64,000 bases of DNA from an uncultured virus (IMG/VR IMGVR_UViG_3300030329_003231) (taxonomy: Duplodnaviria; Heunggongvirae; Uroviricota; Caudoviricetes), in IMG/VR virus record IMGVR_UViG_3300030329_003231. The stretch is one strand, 5' to 3'. Below are positions 45,995-56,012 of this stretch, piece by piece. How positions within the stretch are numbered: position 1 is the stretch's first letter; each line of letters opens with the position of its first letter. The notes under the pieces are model-generated. The model was given only the letters and a program-made list of their open reading frames with translations. It searched no databases and was not told the DNA's origin. Position numbers and translations under genes: made by a program.

Positions 45995-47021
45995 TAATTA
46001 CATCCAGTACTTTGATGATCTGTTTCTTAGATCCAATAGTTATTCTAACACAATTTTCAAGATTTTCAAAGGAACTTCTATCTCGTATAAGAATCTTATT
46101 TTCCTTTAATTTATTCAACAATTCTGCTGAGTTGGGTGTCTTTAACAATACAAAATTAGCAGAACTCTTCACAGCATCATATCCACTAGGAAGATTTCTT
46201 ATAAAAAACTTCTTAGCATCATTCATTTCTGCTATGCGCCAGTTAAGATAATCCAAATCACTTAGTGCTGCAATCCCACATGCTTGTGCTAATGCATTCA
46301 CTGCTTTACCATTCCTAATCTTCCTAAGATGTATTAATAAGTCTGGATGACCCATAACATATCCCAGTCTCATTGATGCCAATCCAAACGCCTTAGAGAA
46401 GGTTCTGGTAACGAGTAAATTCTTATATGAATAAACCATCTCGCAACAAGATTGTAAAGCAAACTCATAGTAGGCTTCATCAATAATAAAAAGAGTCTCT
46501 GGATAAGAAGAAAGTAAACCTTCAATCTCATTCGGTGGTATGAGTTTTCCCGTAGGGTTATTAGGATTAACCAGATAGACTACATCAGCATCCCTACAAT
46601 GATTAAAATCATATCTATGTTCTCCTAATGGATCTACAATATTAACCTTCTTATATTGATCTGTATTAGTAGTAATAAAAGTATTAACCTGAGTGTATGA
46701 GGGTTGATAAGAAAGAACCTTAGTGTTTCTATCAACAAAGACAGTCATTATATCCTTTAAACCATCGTCAGATCCATTATATACCTCAATAAAATTGGGT
46801 GGAAGATTAGTATACTCTCCCAGTCTATGCTTTAACTTCTTTGCTGTAATATCAGGGTATCTTTCATACCTATAAAAAGTTTGAACAACTTCAAATACCT
46901 TATTAGTAGGAGGAAATTCTGATTCATTCCAATCAAAACACTCCCAATCAGATGATAATTCAGAACGTCCACCTACATTATAAATTTGTAGTTCTTTAAT
47001 AAATTCTCTTACCTTTACCAT
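45981..47021 (-). CDS. PLP-dependent class I/II aminotransferase (HisC/CobD-like)
   Basis: NGSDD, NPNNPTG, DEAY, RTFSKAFGLASMRLGY, RITIG. Confidence 0.85.
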   Translation of the reverse strand: MVKVREFIKELQIYNVGGRSELSSDWECFDWNESEFPPTNKVFEVVQTFYRYERYPDITAKKLKHRLGEYTNLPPNFIEVYNGSDDGLKDIMTVFVDRNTKVLSYQPSYTQVNTFITTNTDQYKKVNIVDPLGEHRYDFNHCRDADVVYLVNPNNPTGKLIPPNEIEGLLSSYPETLFIIDEAYYEFALQSCCEMVYSYKNLLVTRTFSKAFGLASMRLGYVMGHPDLLIHLRKIRNGKAVNALAQACGIAALSDLDYLNWRIAEMNDAKKFFIRNLPSGYDAVKSSANFVLLKTPNSAELLNKLKENKILIRDRSSFENLENCVRITIGSKKQIIKVLDVINDRV

Positions 47022-47026
47022 TTTTA

Positions 47027-48259
47027 CTATGAAAAGATACCCCAGTTATCAACCACAGTTTTACCCTTTACATCCAGTGTAGCATACTTTCTATTCGGAT
47101 GCATGAAAACTACTACATCCGATCTCCCTACACACTCCTCTGCTGACTCACATTTTTTAATATTTTTCTCCCTTCCATTCAGATTATCATATGTCTCTTC
47201 TAATTCATCATACGTATAGACTAACCTTCCCTGTTTGAGAAGATCATGTATCAACCTCACAGAAGGAGATCCAATTGTAACAGGAGAATCAGGTTTAAAC
47301 GATACACCAATCACTCCTACTCTGGTGGCTATTCCACACTTGTTTAATATATCATGATAGAGACTTTCATTGACCTCATTGCAAAATTTAATATGCTTTG
47401 CTTCTTTACCTTGGGTCTCGGCAAACTTAATGAAAGCAGCAGTATCTCTTGGAAAACATGTACCACCAAATGGAGTACCGAATCCAAAGAAGTGAGGGGA
47501 TATTCTCTTATCGATTCCAATCGTGTCAGTGATTTTATGAACATTCACATTCTCCATATCATCACATAACTGTCCTAAGAAATTAGCAAAAGTAATCTTA
47601 CTCACAATATATGCATTGGATGCTACCTTAGCAACCTCTGCCTCCTCCAATGTAAGATACTTATGAGGGGTTGCATTCTTATGAAAATTTTCCCATATAG
47701 ACTCAGTTTGACGCTGATCCTTCTCATTATTAGCACCTATAAGGAAATATTCTGGGTTAAGGAAATCCTTAATTACATTACCAAGTTTAACAAAGTCTGG
47801 AACATAAGAGAAACCGAACCCTTCTTCAAACTTTCTACCAGAAATCTTCTCTACTAACTTAATTAAATGGGCAATCGTACCAGGAAGAACCGTAGAAGAT
47901 AAAACAATCAAATGATAATCCTTAGTACTCTTCTTTAAATTAACGGCAAGGTCAGTCAATGCAGACTCAACAAACTCTGCGGAATATCCAGTGTCTCCTA
48001 ACTGCGTATTAACTAATATGATAGACGCATCTGTCTCCTCTACTGCTCTATGATAAGAATCGGTAAACCCTATTAAATTATCATGCGGAAATATATCTGT
48101 TAATCCTGGTTCGTAAAAAGGTAATTCATTATTGTTTAACTTCTCTAATACATATTCATTCTTATCTACTCCTAATACTTTATTACCTGACTGTGCCAAG
48201 CAACATGCAAGTGGAAGTCCAAGTTTTCCCAATCCAATAAAACTTATGTTCATAATCAA
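47027..48259 (-). CDS. UDP-glucose/GDP-mannose dehydrogenase family protein
   Basis: GLGKLG, STVLPGT, AEVAKVASN, FGGTCFPRD, GVSFKP. Confidence 0.9.
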   Translation of the reverse strand: MIMNISFIGLGKLGLPLACCLAQSGNKVLGVDKNEYVLEKLNNNELPFYEPGLTDIFPHDNLIGFTDSYHRAVEETDASIILVNTQLGDTGYSAEFVESALTDLAVNLKKSTKDYHLIVLSSTVLPGTIAHLIKLVEKISGRKFEEGFGFSYVPDFVKLGNVIKDFLNPEYFLIGANNEKDQRQTESIWENFHKNATPHKYLTLEEAEVAKVASNAYIVSKITFANFLGQLCDDMENVNVHKITDTIGIDKRISPHFFGFGTPFGGTCFPRDTAAFIKFAETQGKEAKHIKFCNEVNESLYHDILNKCGIATRVGVIGVSFKPDSPVTIGSPSVRLIHDLLKQGRLVYTYDELEETYDNLNGREKNIKKCESAEECVGRSDVVVFMHPNRKYATLDVKGKTVVDNWGIFS

Positions 48260-49590
48260 GCCACCTTGTTAATAATACACTTAAATTTGTTAGTGCCTTT
48301 ATTTCTTTTAATCTCATCCACTTTATTTATTTGGTATTCCATATCCCCTAAACGAGAACCCAGACCCCTTCTAATCTCCTCTGTTATATCATCATTATAA
48401 TCAGGAGATTGAACATAGTTAAATGCAATATCCTTTGAGGAACTCTGAACTATCTGAAACATTTTAATTGCTGGCATCTTTTTATCAATCCAACTATAAA
48501 AATTAACACCAGGTAATCTACATCCATCAGCAGAAACTAATATATCACTAGTCCTACCATTCACTTCCTTCACTATACCATCCTTCAAGACGAAAGTATC
48601 CTCTGTCTTATACCTTATAAAAGGCATAAAGTGATTAATAAAACCAGTAGCAATTAATCCGTGTGTACCATCACCATTATCATAGAACTCATCAATACCA
48701 TACTCTAAATTCTGATTCATATCTCTTGACTCTTCGGTCTGGTGCATAAAAGAAACCTTTTCCATCTGACCATAATGTCCACAAGGAGTAATACCAAAGA
48801 CTTCCTTCACCTTATCATACCACTGGGGTATTAATACCTCTGATGTTGTATGAATCTTTTTAATTGTTCTTAGAGAAAGGTTCTGCTCCTCACATAAACA
48901 AGCAAAGATATAGGCAGAAGAAGGATAGGTACACATTGTCTGATAATTACCTTCATTAATCTTCTCTATGTACTGATATATCGTCTCTGAGTTGAGATGA
49001 TAGGCAGACATATACAAACGCTTCAATTCATAATCATAGTACCATAGAGGCGATTCTGGGTTGGGTGGAACATATCTTCTTAACCATACACTAGGAGTGT
49101 CATACATCTCTGCACCCTGTGCAAGGTATGCTCTCATATTAAATGCTGCTTCTTTCTTCAAGCAATCATCATCAACAAAGAAAGTTAATTTATCACCTGT
49201 CGATCCACTAGTAGAAATAGGATACCTTTTAACATGATCCATCTCTTTTACAATCAAATCATCCCTATTCTCCATTATGATCTTCTTAGTGAGAACAGGA
49301 AAATTTTCTATGTCTTTTACAGTTTTAAAATCCTCAGGAGTCCATCTATTCTTCAAAAATATTCTGGTATAATAAGGAACATTCCAAAAACAATGATAGA
49401 GTAAACTCTTCATTTCCTTGAACTGTTTAATTTCTAACTGTTCCTGTGTCCACTCACTACTTTCCATAAGAGAACGCAAGGTCTTACCATAGACCTCACC
49501 ATACCTTTTCTCAAATGGAACTAGATTATAGTAAGCCTGTTGAAGAAACGAAGGTGTCTTCTTTATTAGTTTGTTTACTACACCCATCAA
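48256..49590 (-). CDS. Phenylacetate-CoA ligase-like/CapK adenylate-forming enzyme
   Basis: VPYY, FPVLTK, STSGSTG, YGQME, MPFIRYKTED, GRTSD. Confidence 0.85.
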   Translation of the reverse strand: MMGVVNKLIKKTPSFLQQAYYNLVPFEKRYGEVYGKTLRSLMESSEWTQEQLEIKQFKEMKSLLYHCFWNVPYYTRIFLKNRWTPEDFKTVKDIENFPVLTKKIIMENRDDLIVKEMDHVKRYPISTSGSTGDKLTFFVDDDCLKKEAAFNMRAYLAQGAEMYDTPSVWLRRYVPPNPESPLWYYDYELKRLYMSAYHLNSETIYQYIEKINEGNYQTMCTYPSSAYIFACLCEEQNLSLRTIKKIHTTSEVLIPQWYDKVKEVFGITPCGHYGQMEKVSFMHQTEESRDMNQNLEYGIDEFYDNGDGTHGLIATGFINHFMPFIRYKTEDTFVLKDGIVKEVNGRTSDILVSADGCRLPGVNFYSWIDKKMPAIKMFQIVQSSSKDIAFNYVQSPDYNDDITEEIRRGLGSRLGDMEYQINKVDEIKRNKGTNKFKCIINKVA

Positions 49591-49897
49591 AAAAGTCCTC
49601 GCTGTTTACTCCTTTATCATCAATAAATAAATCTCCACCAAATTTAACACCAGTTCTTAAAGAAGTAAACTTCAATCCCCATGAACGTAACTGATTAAAA
49701 GTATCCTCATAATGATTGATCTTACTACCACATCCTCGTGCAGTTTCTATGATGATGGTGTGACCCTCCTCCCAGAGTTTATTGATCTTCTCTATTCTAT
49801 CATAGTATGGTTTAGCTTCATAGTACTTCATTCCATGACCATCAGGATTAGAGAAAGTCTCACACAGAGTACCATCTAAATCAACAACGTAAATCAT
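49526..49897 (-). CDS. Minimal HAD phosphatase (capsule biosynthesis EcbF/BcbF-like)
   Basis: DLDGT, TARG, FIDDK. Confidence 0.8.
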   Translation of the reverse strand: MIYVVDLDGTLCETFSNPDGHGMKYYEAKPYYDRIEKINKLWEEGHTIIIETARGCGSKINHYEDTFNQLRSWGLKFTSLRTGVKFGGDLFIDDKGVNSEDFFDGCSKQTNKEDTFVSSTGLL

Positions 49898-50733
49898 TTT
49901 CCAAATTGTTTATTAAGGTGATGCTTCCAAATATAATCTTCAAGAACTTCCATCTCTTTAACTCGTTCCAAATTATCCTTTACTGCATCAATCTTACTAT
50001 AATAAATTTCATCCGAAACGTCAAATTCATCTGATAACCAGATAACTCCATCCATATTAAAGTGTTCCCCAATAGTAGGATCGCCGAGATAGATAGGAAT
50101 AGTTCCAGTAGCAAAGCAATCTAATACTTTCTCAGTAAAGTATCCTGGAACCTCACAATTCTCCATAGCAATAGAGAACATATAATCACATAGACCTTCT
50201 TCCTTCCAATCAATCCAAGTATATCCATTACCAAAATGATCTACTTGTCCATCAAACTTCTCAATATAATCTAACCTTACCTGATGACCAGGACACATCA
50301 ACTTATTAGATGCAATCATAGAGATCATCTTAGTCTTATCATACATCTGTGCCTTCTGAATCCAATATCCCTGAGCAGGAACCCATTTAAACTTAGGACT
50401 GATAGACAATAAACTTTTATCAAAAACAAATATAGAATCAAACTTCTCTAAGTATGCATCCATATTATCAGTAAGATGCTGATATAATTCAGGGACAATT
50501 GCTTTTGATTCTAGAAACCATGCAAACTTTAACTCACCAGAGTCATCACTAAATGCTTCTGGAATCCTTTTATCAGTATAAAACTTACCAACTCCACTAC
50601 CATCAGTAACCCATTCAATACATGTAGATTCTTTTCCATGCACAGAGTATCCCTTATTAGGAATAGGAAGTCTTCCACCATCTAGATGACTGAACGTACT
50701 ATCAACTAGATTAAATTTAATTCGTTCACTCAT
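49894..50733 (-). CDS. Fucosyltransferase-like (GT10)
   Basis: YMFSIAMEN...GYFTEKVLDCFATGTIPIYLG. Confidence 0.85.
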   Translation of the reverse strand: MSERIKFNLVDSTFSHLDGGRLPIPNKGYSVHGKESTCIEWVTDGSGVGKFYTDKRIPEAFSDDSGELKFAWFLESKAIVPELYQHLTDNMDAYLEKFDSIFVFDKSLLSISPKFKWVPAQGYWIQKAQMYDKTKMISMIASNKLMCPGHQVRLDYIEKFDGQVDHFGNGYTWIDWKEEGLCDYMFSIAMENCEVPGYFTEKVLDCFATGTIPIYLGDPTIGEHFNMDGVIWLSDEFDVSDEIYYSKIDAVKDNLERVKEMEVLEDYIWKHHLNKQFGK

Positions 50734-50734
50734 T

Positions 50735-51091
50735 TCAATCTCCAGGAATCACCCTATTACTATCAGAATCAAAATGCTGAGTAGAGAACTCAAACAAATC
50801 ACTATCTTCTAAGGCAAACATTTGGTGCCTCAACCCACGATAAACATGGAATTTATCCCCTCTTTCCATGATCATTTCTTTTGCATTGTCACGGTCATCA
50901 TCATCTGAATATTTTACTCGAAGTCTTCCCTCTTGTAAATAGAAGGTTTCATCCTTCAGTTTATGATAATGCCATGAACATTGCTTACCTTTTATTATAT
51001 GTAAAAGTTTCCCGCAATACTCTTCTGTATTACAAATCCACTTCTCATAACCCCATCCCTTTGGGACTATCTTAATCTTTGAAGAACTCAT
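50735..51091 (-). CDS. Cupin sugar isomerase-like protein
   Basis: KGWGYE...SWHYHKLKDETF...H...EFST. Confidence 0.8.
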   Translation of the reverse strand: MSSSKIKIVPKGWGYEKWICNTEEYCGKLLHIIKGKQCSWHYHKLKDETFYLQEGRLRVKYSDDDDRDNAKEMIMERGDKFHVYRGLRHQMFALEDSDLFEFSTQHFDSDSNRVIPGD

Positions 51092-51401
51092 CTAAACTGA
51101 TCCCCTTGTCATCTATGTAGTAGTCACCTGAGGGTTTCCCAAGTATTAATTGGTGGTATTTACACCCCCATCTATCTAGCTGACTTTCTGTAAGGGTATA
51201 AAAAAATTCTATTGCTTTATCCGATCTTCCTGCAAATCGACCCATCCCTCTCGCCGTATAATACTTAATAGTATTACCTTCATCATAAAGTTTATTAATC
51301 ATCTTGATTCTTTCTGGAAAGGGATTAGACAGAGTATAGTCTCTTCCTGCTTCCCAATCACATATAGTTCCATCAATATCAACCACGTAAGTCTTTGACA
51401 T
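51072..51401 (-). CDS. Second minimal HAD phosphatase
   Basis: DIDGT, TARG, GKP, YIDDK. Confidence 0.8.
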   Translation of the reverse strand: MSKTYVVDIDGTICDWEAGRDYTLSNPFPERIKMINKLYDEGNTIKYYTARGMGRFAGRSDKAIEFFYTLTESQLDRWGCKYHQLILGKPSGDYYIDDKGISLDEFFKD

Positions 51402-52161
51402 CTTCCTCCGTTAAAACATAAGTTCCAAAATTTTGCACAGCAATTGCTGCTGCTTTATTAGCATAAGGAATTGCTTCCTCTATTCTACCATAGAAAAGAT
51501 GAAAGTAAACCAATGCAGAAAGAAATGTATCACCTGCTCCTACTACATCTACAATCTTAGTCTTTTCTCCTGGATAGTTTACTCCATCATAATCAGCACC
51601 ACCAGCACCCTTAGTAATAATTAAATTCTTATACCTCCCTTTCAGTAACTTAGATTCTAACTCATTAATTTTAAGAAAACAACCATCCTTAGGGAGTTTA
51701 GTTTTTTTACTATCAATAAAGACGGGACCTTCAAACCAATCAACCAATTCTTGTATCTTCTTAGTCGTTAAAAAACCCTTGTCATAATCTGAAATAACAA
51801 GGGCATCATACCAATCATCGGATGGTGGATCAGTATTTGATCGCTCAAGAAATGGTTGTTGATAAGGGAGGGGTTCACACTTTCCCTCATCATCTACTCT
51901 TAAAATATGTTGATTAGATTTCTCATCAATATATCTTGTCTTTATAATAGGTTCTTTATTGGTAAGTATATAAACATCTAATCCAAATGACATAAGATTC
52001 TCTCTTACGTTCCATGCCATTCCTCTTGTAGTTTCTTTTCTATTAAATTTTAAAATAGGAACTGGTGCCTCTGGATTCAACCTCTCACAGGTTCCATAGA
52101 CATATTCATCAGTACAACTATCGCCGATTAATAATATCTTGAATTGTTTTTGTTGTTGCAT
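51379..52161 (-). CDS. HldE/RfaE kinase-domain-like sugar-phosphate kinase (PfkB family)
   Basis: IGD...D.Y..G...RLNPEAPVP, ISDYDKG, DVVGAGDTF. Confidence 0.85.
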   Translation of the reverse strand: MQQQKQFKILLIGDSCTDEYVYGTCERLNPEAPVPILKFNRKETTRGMAWNVRENLMSFGLDVYILTNKEPIIKTRYIDEKSNQHILRVDDEGKCEPLPYQQPFLERSNTDPPSDDWYDALVISDYDKGFLTTKKIQELVDWFEGPVFIDSKKTKLPKDGCFLKINELESKLLKGRYKNLIITKGAGGADYDGVNYPGEKTKIVDVVGAGDTFLSALVYFHLFYGRIEEAIPYANKAAAIAVQNFGTYVLTEEDVKDLRG

Positions 52162-52534
52162 ACTCACCTATTCTATCAAAGAATATCAACTTAGCAGCCC
52201 AATAAGATCCGATAACGGATTTACCTTTCCAATCAGATCCCACAATCATTATATCAGGTTGATAGGATTTTACCAACCCCTCTAACTCTTTATCATTAGA
52301 AAAGAACCTAACTTCATCTACTGCTTTTAGACTTTCAAGAAAAAACTTTCGTTCCTCCTGGTTATGTATAGGTCTTGTAGGTCCCTTCTTCTCTCTTACC
52401 CTCTCATCCGTATCAATTCCCACACATACATGTCCTCCTTGACTCCGTGCATAATTAAGAAGTTCTAAATGACCCCTATGAAGAAGATCAAAGGTTCCAT
52501 TCACAAAGACTTTTTTATACATCACTACTTCCAT
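52118..52534 (-). CDS. HldE/RfaE domain II-like nucleotidyltransferase
   Basis: NGTFDLLHRGH, KGPTRPI, GSDW. Confidence 0.85.
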   Translation of the reverse strand: MEVVMYKKVFVNGTFDLLHRGHLELLNYARSQGGHVCVGIDTDERVREKKGPTRPIHNQEERKFFLESLKAVDEVRFFSNDKELEGLVKSYQPDIMIVGSDWKGKSVIGSYWAAKLIFFDRIGEYATTKTIQDIINRR

Positions 52535-53346
52535 TAACGCAAATATTCATATGTAGAATTAAGTTCATACTCCAATCCATTTAATTTAAGACCCAACGTA
52601 CTGAGAAGATTTCCAGATCCACAATAAGACTTCTCCATCCCTCTCTCACGAATATCTATTTCCACTGTATGGTCTGATAGATTATTAATCATTTTTCCCA
52701 CATCAGAGAGGGTCTGAGTGGTCTTATAGACTAGATTAATATCCTTAGGAAGTTCCTTTGCCTTTTCAAGATAAAGATCTAAAACTTTTTTAGTATCACT
52801 AATACCAAAGAAATCCATATACTTATCTTTAAAAATAACTATATCTTTCTTATTAATATAATTTCTAATATTCGCTGATGTAAACATATCCTCCTGACTA
52901 GTAGGTCCAAATACATTAAAGAATCGAAGAACATAAACATTACTCAATTGACGAGCACGTTGAGCAATTATATACTTAGCAAATCCATAATAATCCGTAG
53001 GAATTCTCATCCCCACCTCAGTCTCTGAAAGACCATAAATGTCTTCTTGTCTACCATATACTGCTCCACTACAAAAAGTAATTAATGGAACCCTTTGAGA
53101 GGCAAGAACCTCAAACATCCTTACATTATTATGAAAATCATCAACACTATCTTTACGTATTCTCCGACCACCCCGAATAGCAGCATGAATAATGAAATCA
53201 AACTCCCTATGACGAAAAAATTGATCTACATTTCTCTGATCACTATAATCAACATTTGAAGAAGTTACATCATGCCCCTTCTTTTCAAGATAAGGAATTA
53301 ATTCTCTTCCTAAAAATCCCCGCTGACCGGTGAAAAGAATATTCAT
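52534..53346 (-). CDS. NAD-dependent epimerase/dehydratase (SDR)
   Basis: TGQRGFLG, SGAVYG, YGFAK, LRFFNVFG. Confidence 0.85.
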   Translation of the reverse strand: MNILFTGQRGFLGRELIPYLEKKGHDVTSSNVDYSDQRNVDQFFRHREFDFIIHAAIRGGRRIRKDSVDDFHNNVRMFEVLASQRVPLITFCSGAVYGRQEDIYGLSETEVGMRIPTDYYGFAKYIIAQRARQLSNVYVLRFFNVFGPTSQEDMFTSANIRNYINKKDIVIFKDKYMDFFGISDTKKVLDLYLEKAKELPKDINLVYKTTQTLSDVGKMINNLSDHTVEIDIRERGMEKSYCGSGNLLSTLGLKLNGLEYELNSTYEYLR

Positions 53347-53819
53347 CTTTGTAAATTAATATAAGAAGGAGTAGAAGAATAAAGAAACTTCTTAATATCA
53401 ATATCATCAGGAGATTGGGGATGATGTACTTCAATGTTAGAAAATATTTTCATCACTTCCAAATCTTCACATGCATAATGAGAGAACCCACAAACACCAT
53501 AGTCTTCATTACGGCCACTCCCTACAAGTTTCACAGGAATACTCTCATGATTTAAATAGTTTCTTATAAATTCAAAAGGTCGATATAAAACAAAAGGAGT
53601 AATAGAATAACATACAGGTATCTTCCCATCCATCGCAAGACCTGCTGCCATACCCATCATCAATTGCTCTGATGCTCCCGGATTAATTACTCGACTAGGA
53701 AACTCTTCTCTTAAATGATCAAAAACTTTATATCCAACATCTCCCACCAACAGAATAATATCCTCATTCTGTTTCATTTCTTCGGTAAAAAGTTCCTTAA
53801 ATCTTTGTCGCTGGTTCAT
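53343..53819 (-). CDS. Transketolase pyrimidine-binding domain protein (no C-terminal domain)
   Basis: GASEQLMMGMAAGLA...RPFEFIR...GFSH. Confidence 0.85.
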   Translation of the reverse strand: MNQRQRFKELFTEEMKQNEDIILLVGDVGYKVFDHLREEFPSRVINPGASEQLMMGMAAGLAMDGKIPVCYSITPFVLYRPFEFIRNYLNHESIPVKLVGSGRNEDYGVCGFSHYACEDLEVMKIFSNIEVHHPQSPDDIDIKKFLYSSTPSYINLQR

Positions 53820-54433
53820 AATGATGCGAGTGCCTCCTTATACTGCTCTTCATTAAAATTAGTATAGTGAGCATGAAGTCCTTTCAATCCAAAATGTTCA
53901 ACGGTAGTACGAACATAATTTACATCCGGATGGAATGCTTTAATTCTCTTCTCTAAGTAATCTAAATCAACCGCATCATATGCAGCCCATCCATTTGCAT
54001 TTACATAGAGTTTTAAATTAGTTACTTTATTCTCATAAGCAAATCTAAGTGCTTCCCATACTGAACCTTCTGCACATTCACCATCAGATAATAAACAATA
54101 CACATCTCGATCAGGATTCGCCAGTGCTCTACCAACAGCAACCGTAACCCCCATACCCAAACTCCCTGTGGAACAATGGAGTTTATCTAATTCATTTCTC
54201 TTCGGATGATCCCCATATTTCTCATGCAATTCTACTGCATCTAAACCATAATACTTTTCAAGCACCACATAAAGAGCAACTACTGCATGACCATTAGAAA
54301 GAATAAAGATATCATCTTCATTCTTCTGAGAATAAATCTCATCTATTATTTGTAATGCCGAGAAATAACTCCCCAAATGATGAAGTTGTCTTTGATAACA
54401 AATATCTAATAATCGCTTATAAAGTTCTTTCAT
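53816..54433 (-). CDS. Transketolase N-terminal (ThDP-binding) subunit
   Basis: HLGS, FILSNGH, STGSLGMG, SDGECAEGSVWEA...N; start at the TGATG coupling. Confidence 0.85.
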   Translation of the reverse strand: MKELYKRLLDICYQRQLHHLGSYFSALQIIDEIYSQKNEDDIFILSNGHAVVALYVVLEKYYGLDAVELHEKYGDHPKRNELDKLHCSTGSLGMGVTVAVGRALANPDRDVYCLLSDGECAEGSVWEALRFAYENKVTNLKLYVNANGWAAYDAVDLDYLEKRIKAFHPDVNYVRTTVEHFGLKGLHAHYTNFNEEQYKEALASL

Positions 54434-55158
54434 CAATAAACCAACATACAATCATCTTGAAGTTTGTCTACTGTCCTTCCCCATCCCCTCATCTTATCAG
54501 AAATAGTATTAAAATTTCTTTCTACTCCACCAGCACTTACCTCAAAATCATGAACCTCTACATACAAAGCATCAATCTTTTTCATAGCATCTTCAAAAGA
54601 AGGTTCTGAAATAACTTCTGTTTCAAATCCTTCAATATCCATCTTCACGAATCCTACACGATCTACATCCAATGAATCAATAAAACTATTAAGAGTTTGA
54701 GTCTTAACTTTTATATTCTCTCCCACATGCGGATCTACTCTACAATTAACAAATGAATTCATGGTAGAATTCCTTCCATGAAGTTTAAACTCTGCCTCCC
54801 CATCTTGAAGTCCTATTGCTACTTGATGAGGGATAATATTATTCTTACCAGAGACCCCTATAATCTCCTCCATTACTTTAAAATGAGAAGGAGTAGGTTC
54901 TACTGCAAATACTTTTTCACAGACAGGTGAAACATAAATGGAAAATAATCCAATATTAGCACCTAAATCTATAAGATTTAATTCTTCTTGGTCCTTTAAA
55001 TAATAATAAAAATCATTATGAAACTGTGTAAGAATAGCATGTACGCAAGCATGTTCTGCATATGCATGACTCTTATAAATCTCAGAAGATGAAAGATCTA
55101 TTTCATTTCCTTTAATATCCGAAAAAGTAACCAGACTTATATCAGTTGGTATAGGCAT
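54433..55158 (-). CDS. FkbM-family methyltransferase
   Basis: IDLGANIG, AVEP, KMDIEGFE, VEVH. Confidence 0.85.
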   Translation of the reverse strand: MPIPTDISLVTFSDIKGNEIDLSSSEIYKSHAYAEHACVHAILTQFHNDFYYYLKDQEELNLIDLGANIGLFSIYVSPVCEKVFAVEPTPSHFKVMEEIIGVSGKNNIIPHQVAIGLQDGEAEFKLHGRNSTMNSFVNCRVDPHVGENIKVKTQTLNSFIDSLDVDRVGFVKMDIEGFETEVISEPSFEDAMKKIDALYVEVHDFEVSAGGVERNFNTISDKMRGWGRTVDKLQDDCMLVY

Positions 55159-56012
55159 TACTTCATAACCTCATTTAAATAATCATTAACTTCATCCGTT
55201 ACAACAGATGATAACCAGTTTCTAAATCCACCCGCTTCTTTATTTAACCGTGCAGCAAGACCTCCTCCCGCCTGATGAAGAACCTTAATACACATTGTCT
55301 CATTGGTTACAGGATCATCCAAATAAAGTCTATCATCTTTCACATACATTGACAACCAACTCTCCCAGTGATTATTAGGATCATTACCCCAACAACTAGA
55401 AAGACCATAAGATACTCCACTACCTTGCTCATCAACTATCTTGGAACTATATTCATCACAATGAAATAGTTGATTCAATGTATCATTTTCATCCCCAATA
55501 CCGTGTGCATAAGGATCAACCTTGGCCTTTATCTTAGCCGATTGCATATTTACATCTCCCCAATCATCCCAGAACTCTTTATTATTAACTCCCACTAACC
55601 CTGCATTGACAAACCCTTGCATAGGTATAGGAGATCCATCCCCAAAGGGTTCAATATGTCTAATGGTAATTCCATCATGTGAACCTGCTTTATTAAAACT
55701 ATTATTATTCCTTACTCCAATGACATCCTCCTCACTCTCAAACAGTTCAGTCATGGGACCAGTGACTACACAATCCCCATCAATCTGAACCACCATATCA
55801 TAATCATCCTTATAAGGAGCAGCACATGGAGGTTTCATCCAAACATTATCCAACCAAGAATCATTCTCCTTCGCCTTCTGAGTCATTGCACTATCAAAAA
55901 CAAAGAAATCTATATCAGGATGAAAATATTTGAATGAATTTTTTAACTCATCCAACCCAATGTACTCAACATAATCATCTGTTACCCAGGTAACAACAGC
56001 AATCTTCTTCAT
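55158..56012 (-). CDS. GT-A fold glycosyltransferase-like protein
   Basis: QIDGD, VNAGL, ENDTLN, VLHQAG. Confidence 0.6.
   Translation of the reverse strand: MKKIAVVTWVTDDYVEYIGLDELKNSFKYFHPDIDFFVFDSAMTQKAKENDSWLDNVWMKPPCAAPYKDDYDMVVQIDGDCVVTGPMTELFESEEDVIGVRNNNSFNKAGSHDGITIRHIEPFGDGSPIPMQGFVNAGLVGVNNKEFWDDWGDVNMQSAKIKAKVDPYAHGIGDENDTLNQLFHCDEYSSKIVDEQGSGVSYGLSSCWGNDPNNHWESWLSMYVKDDRLYLDDPVTNETMCIKVLHQAGGGLAARLNKEAGGFRNWLSSVVTDEVNDYLNEVMK

Noticed and set aside
45981..47021. hisC as a histidine-biosynthesis AMG
   Set aside because: No other his genes; embedded in the glycan island, so only the family is supported
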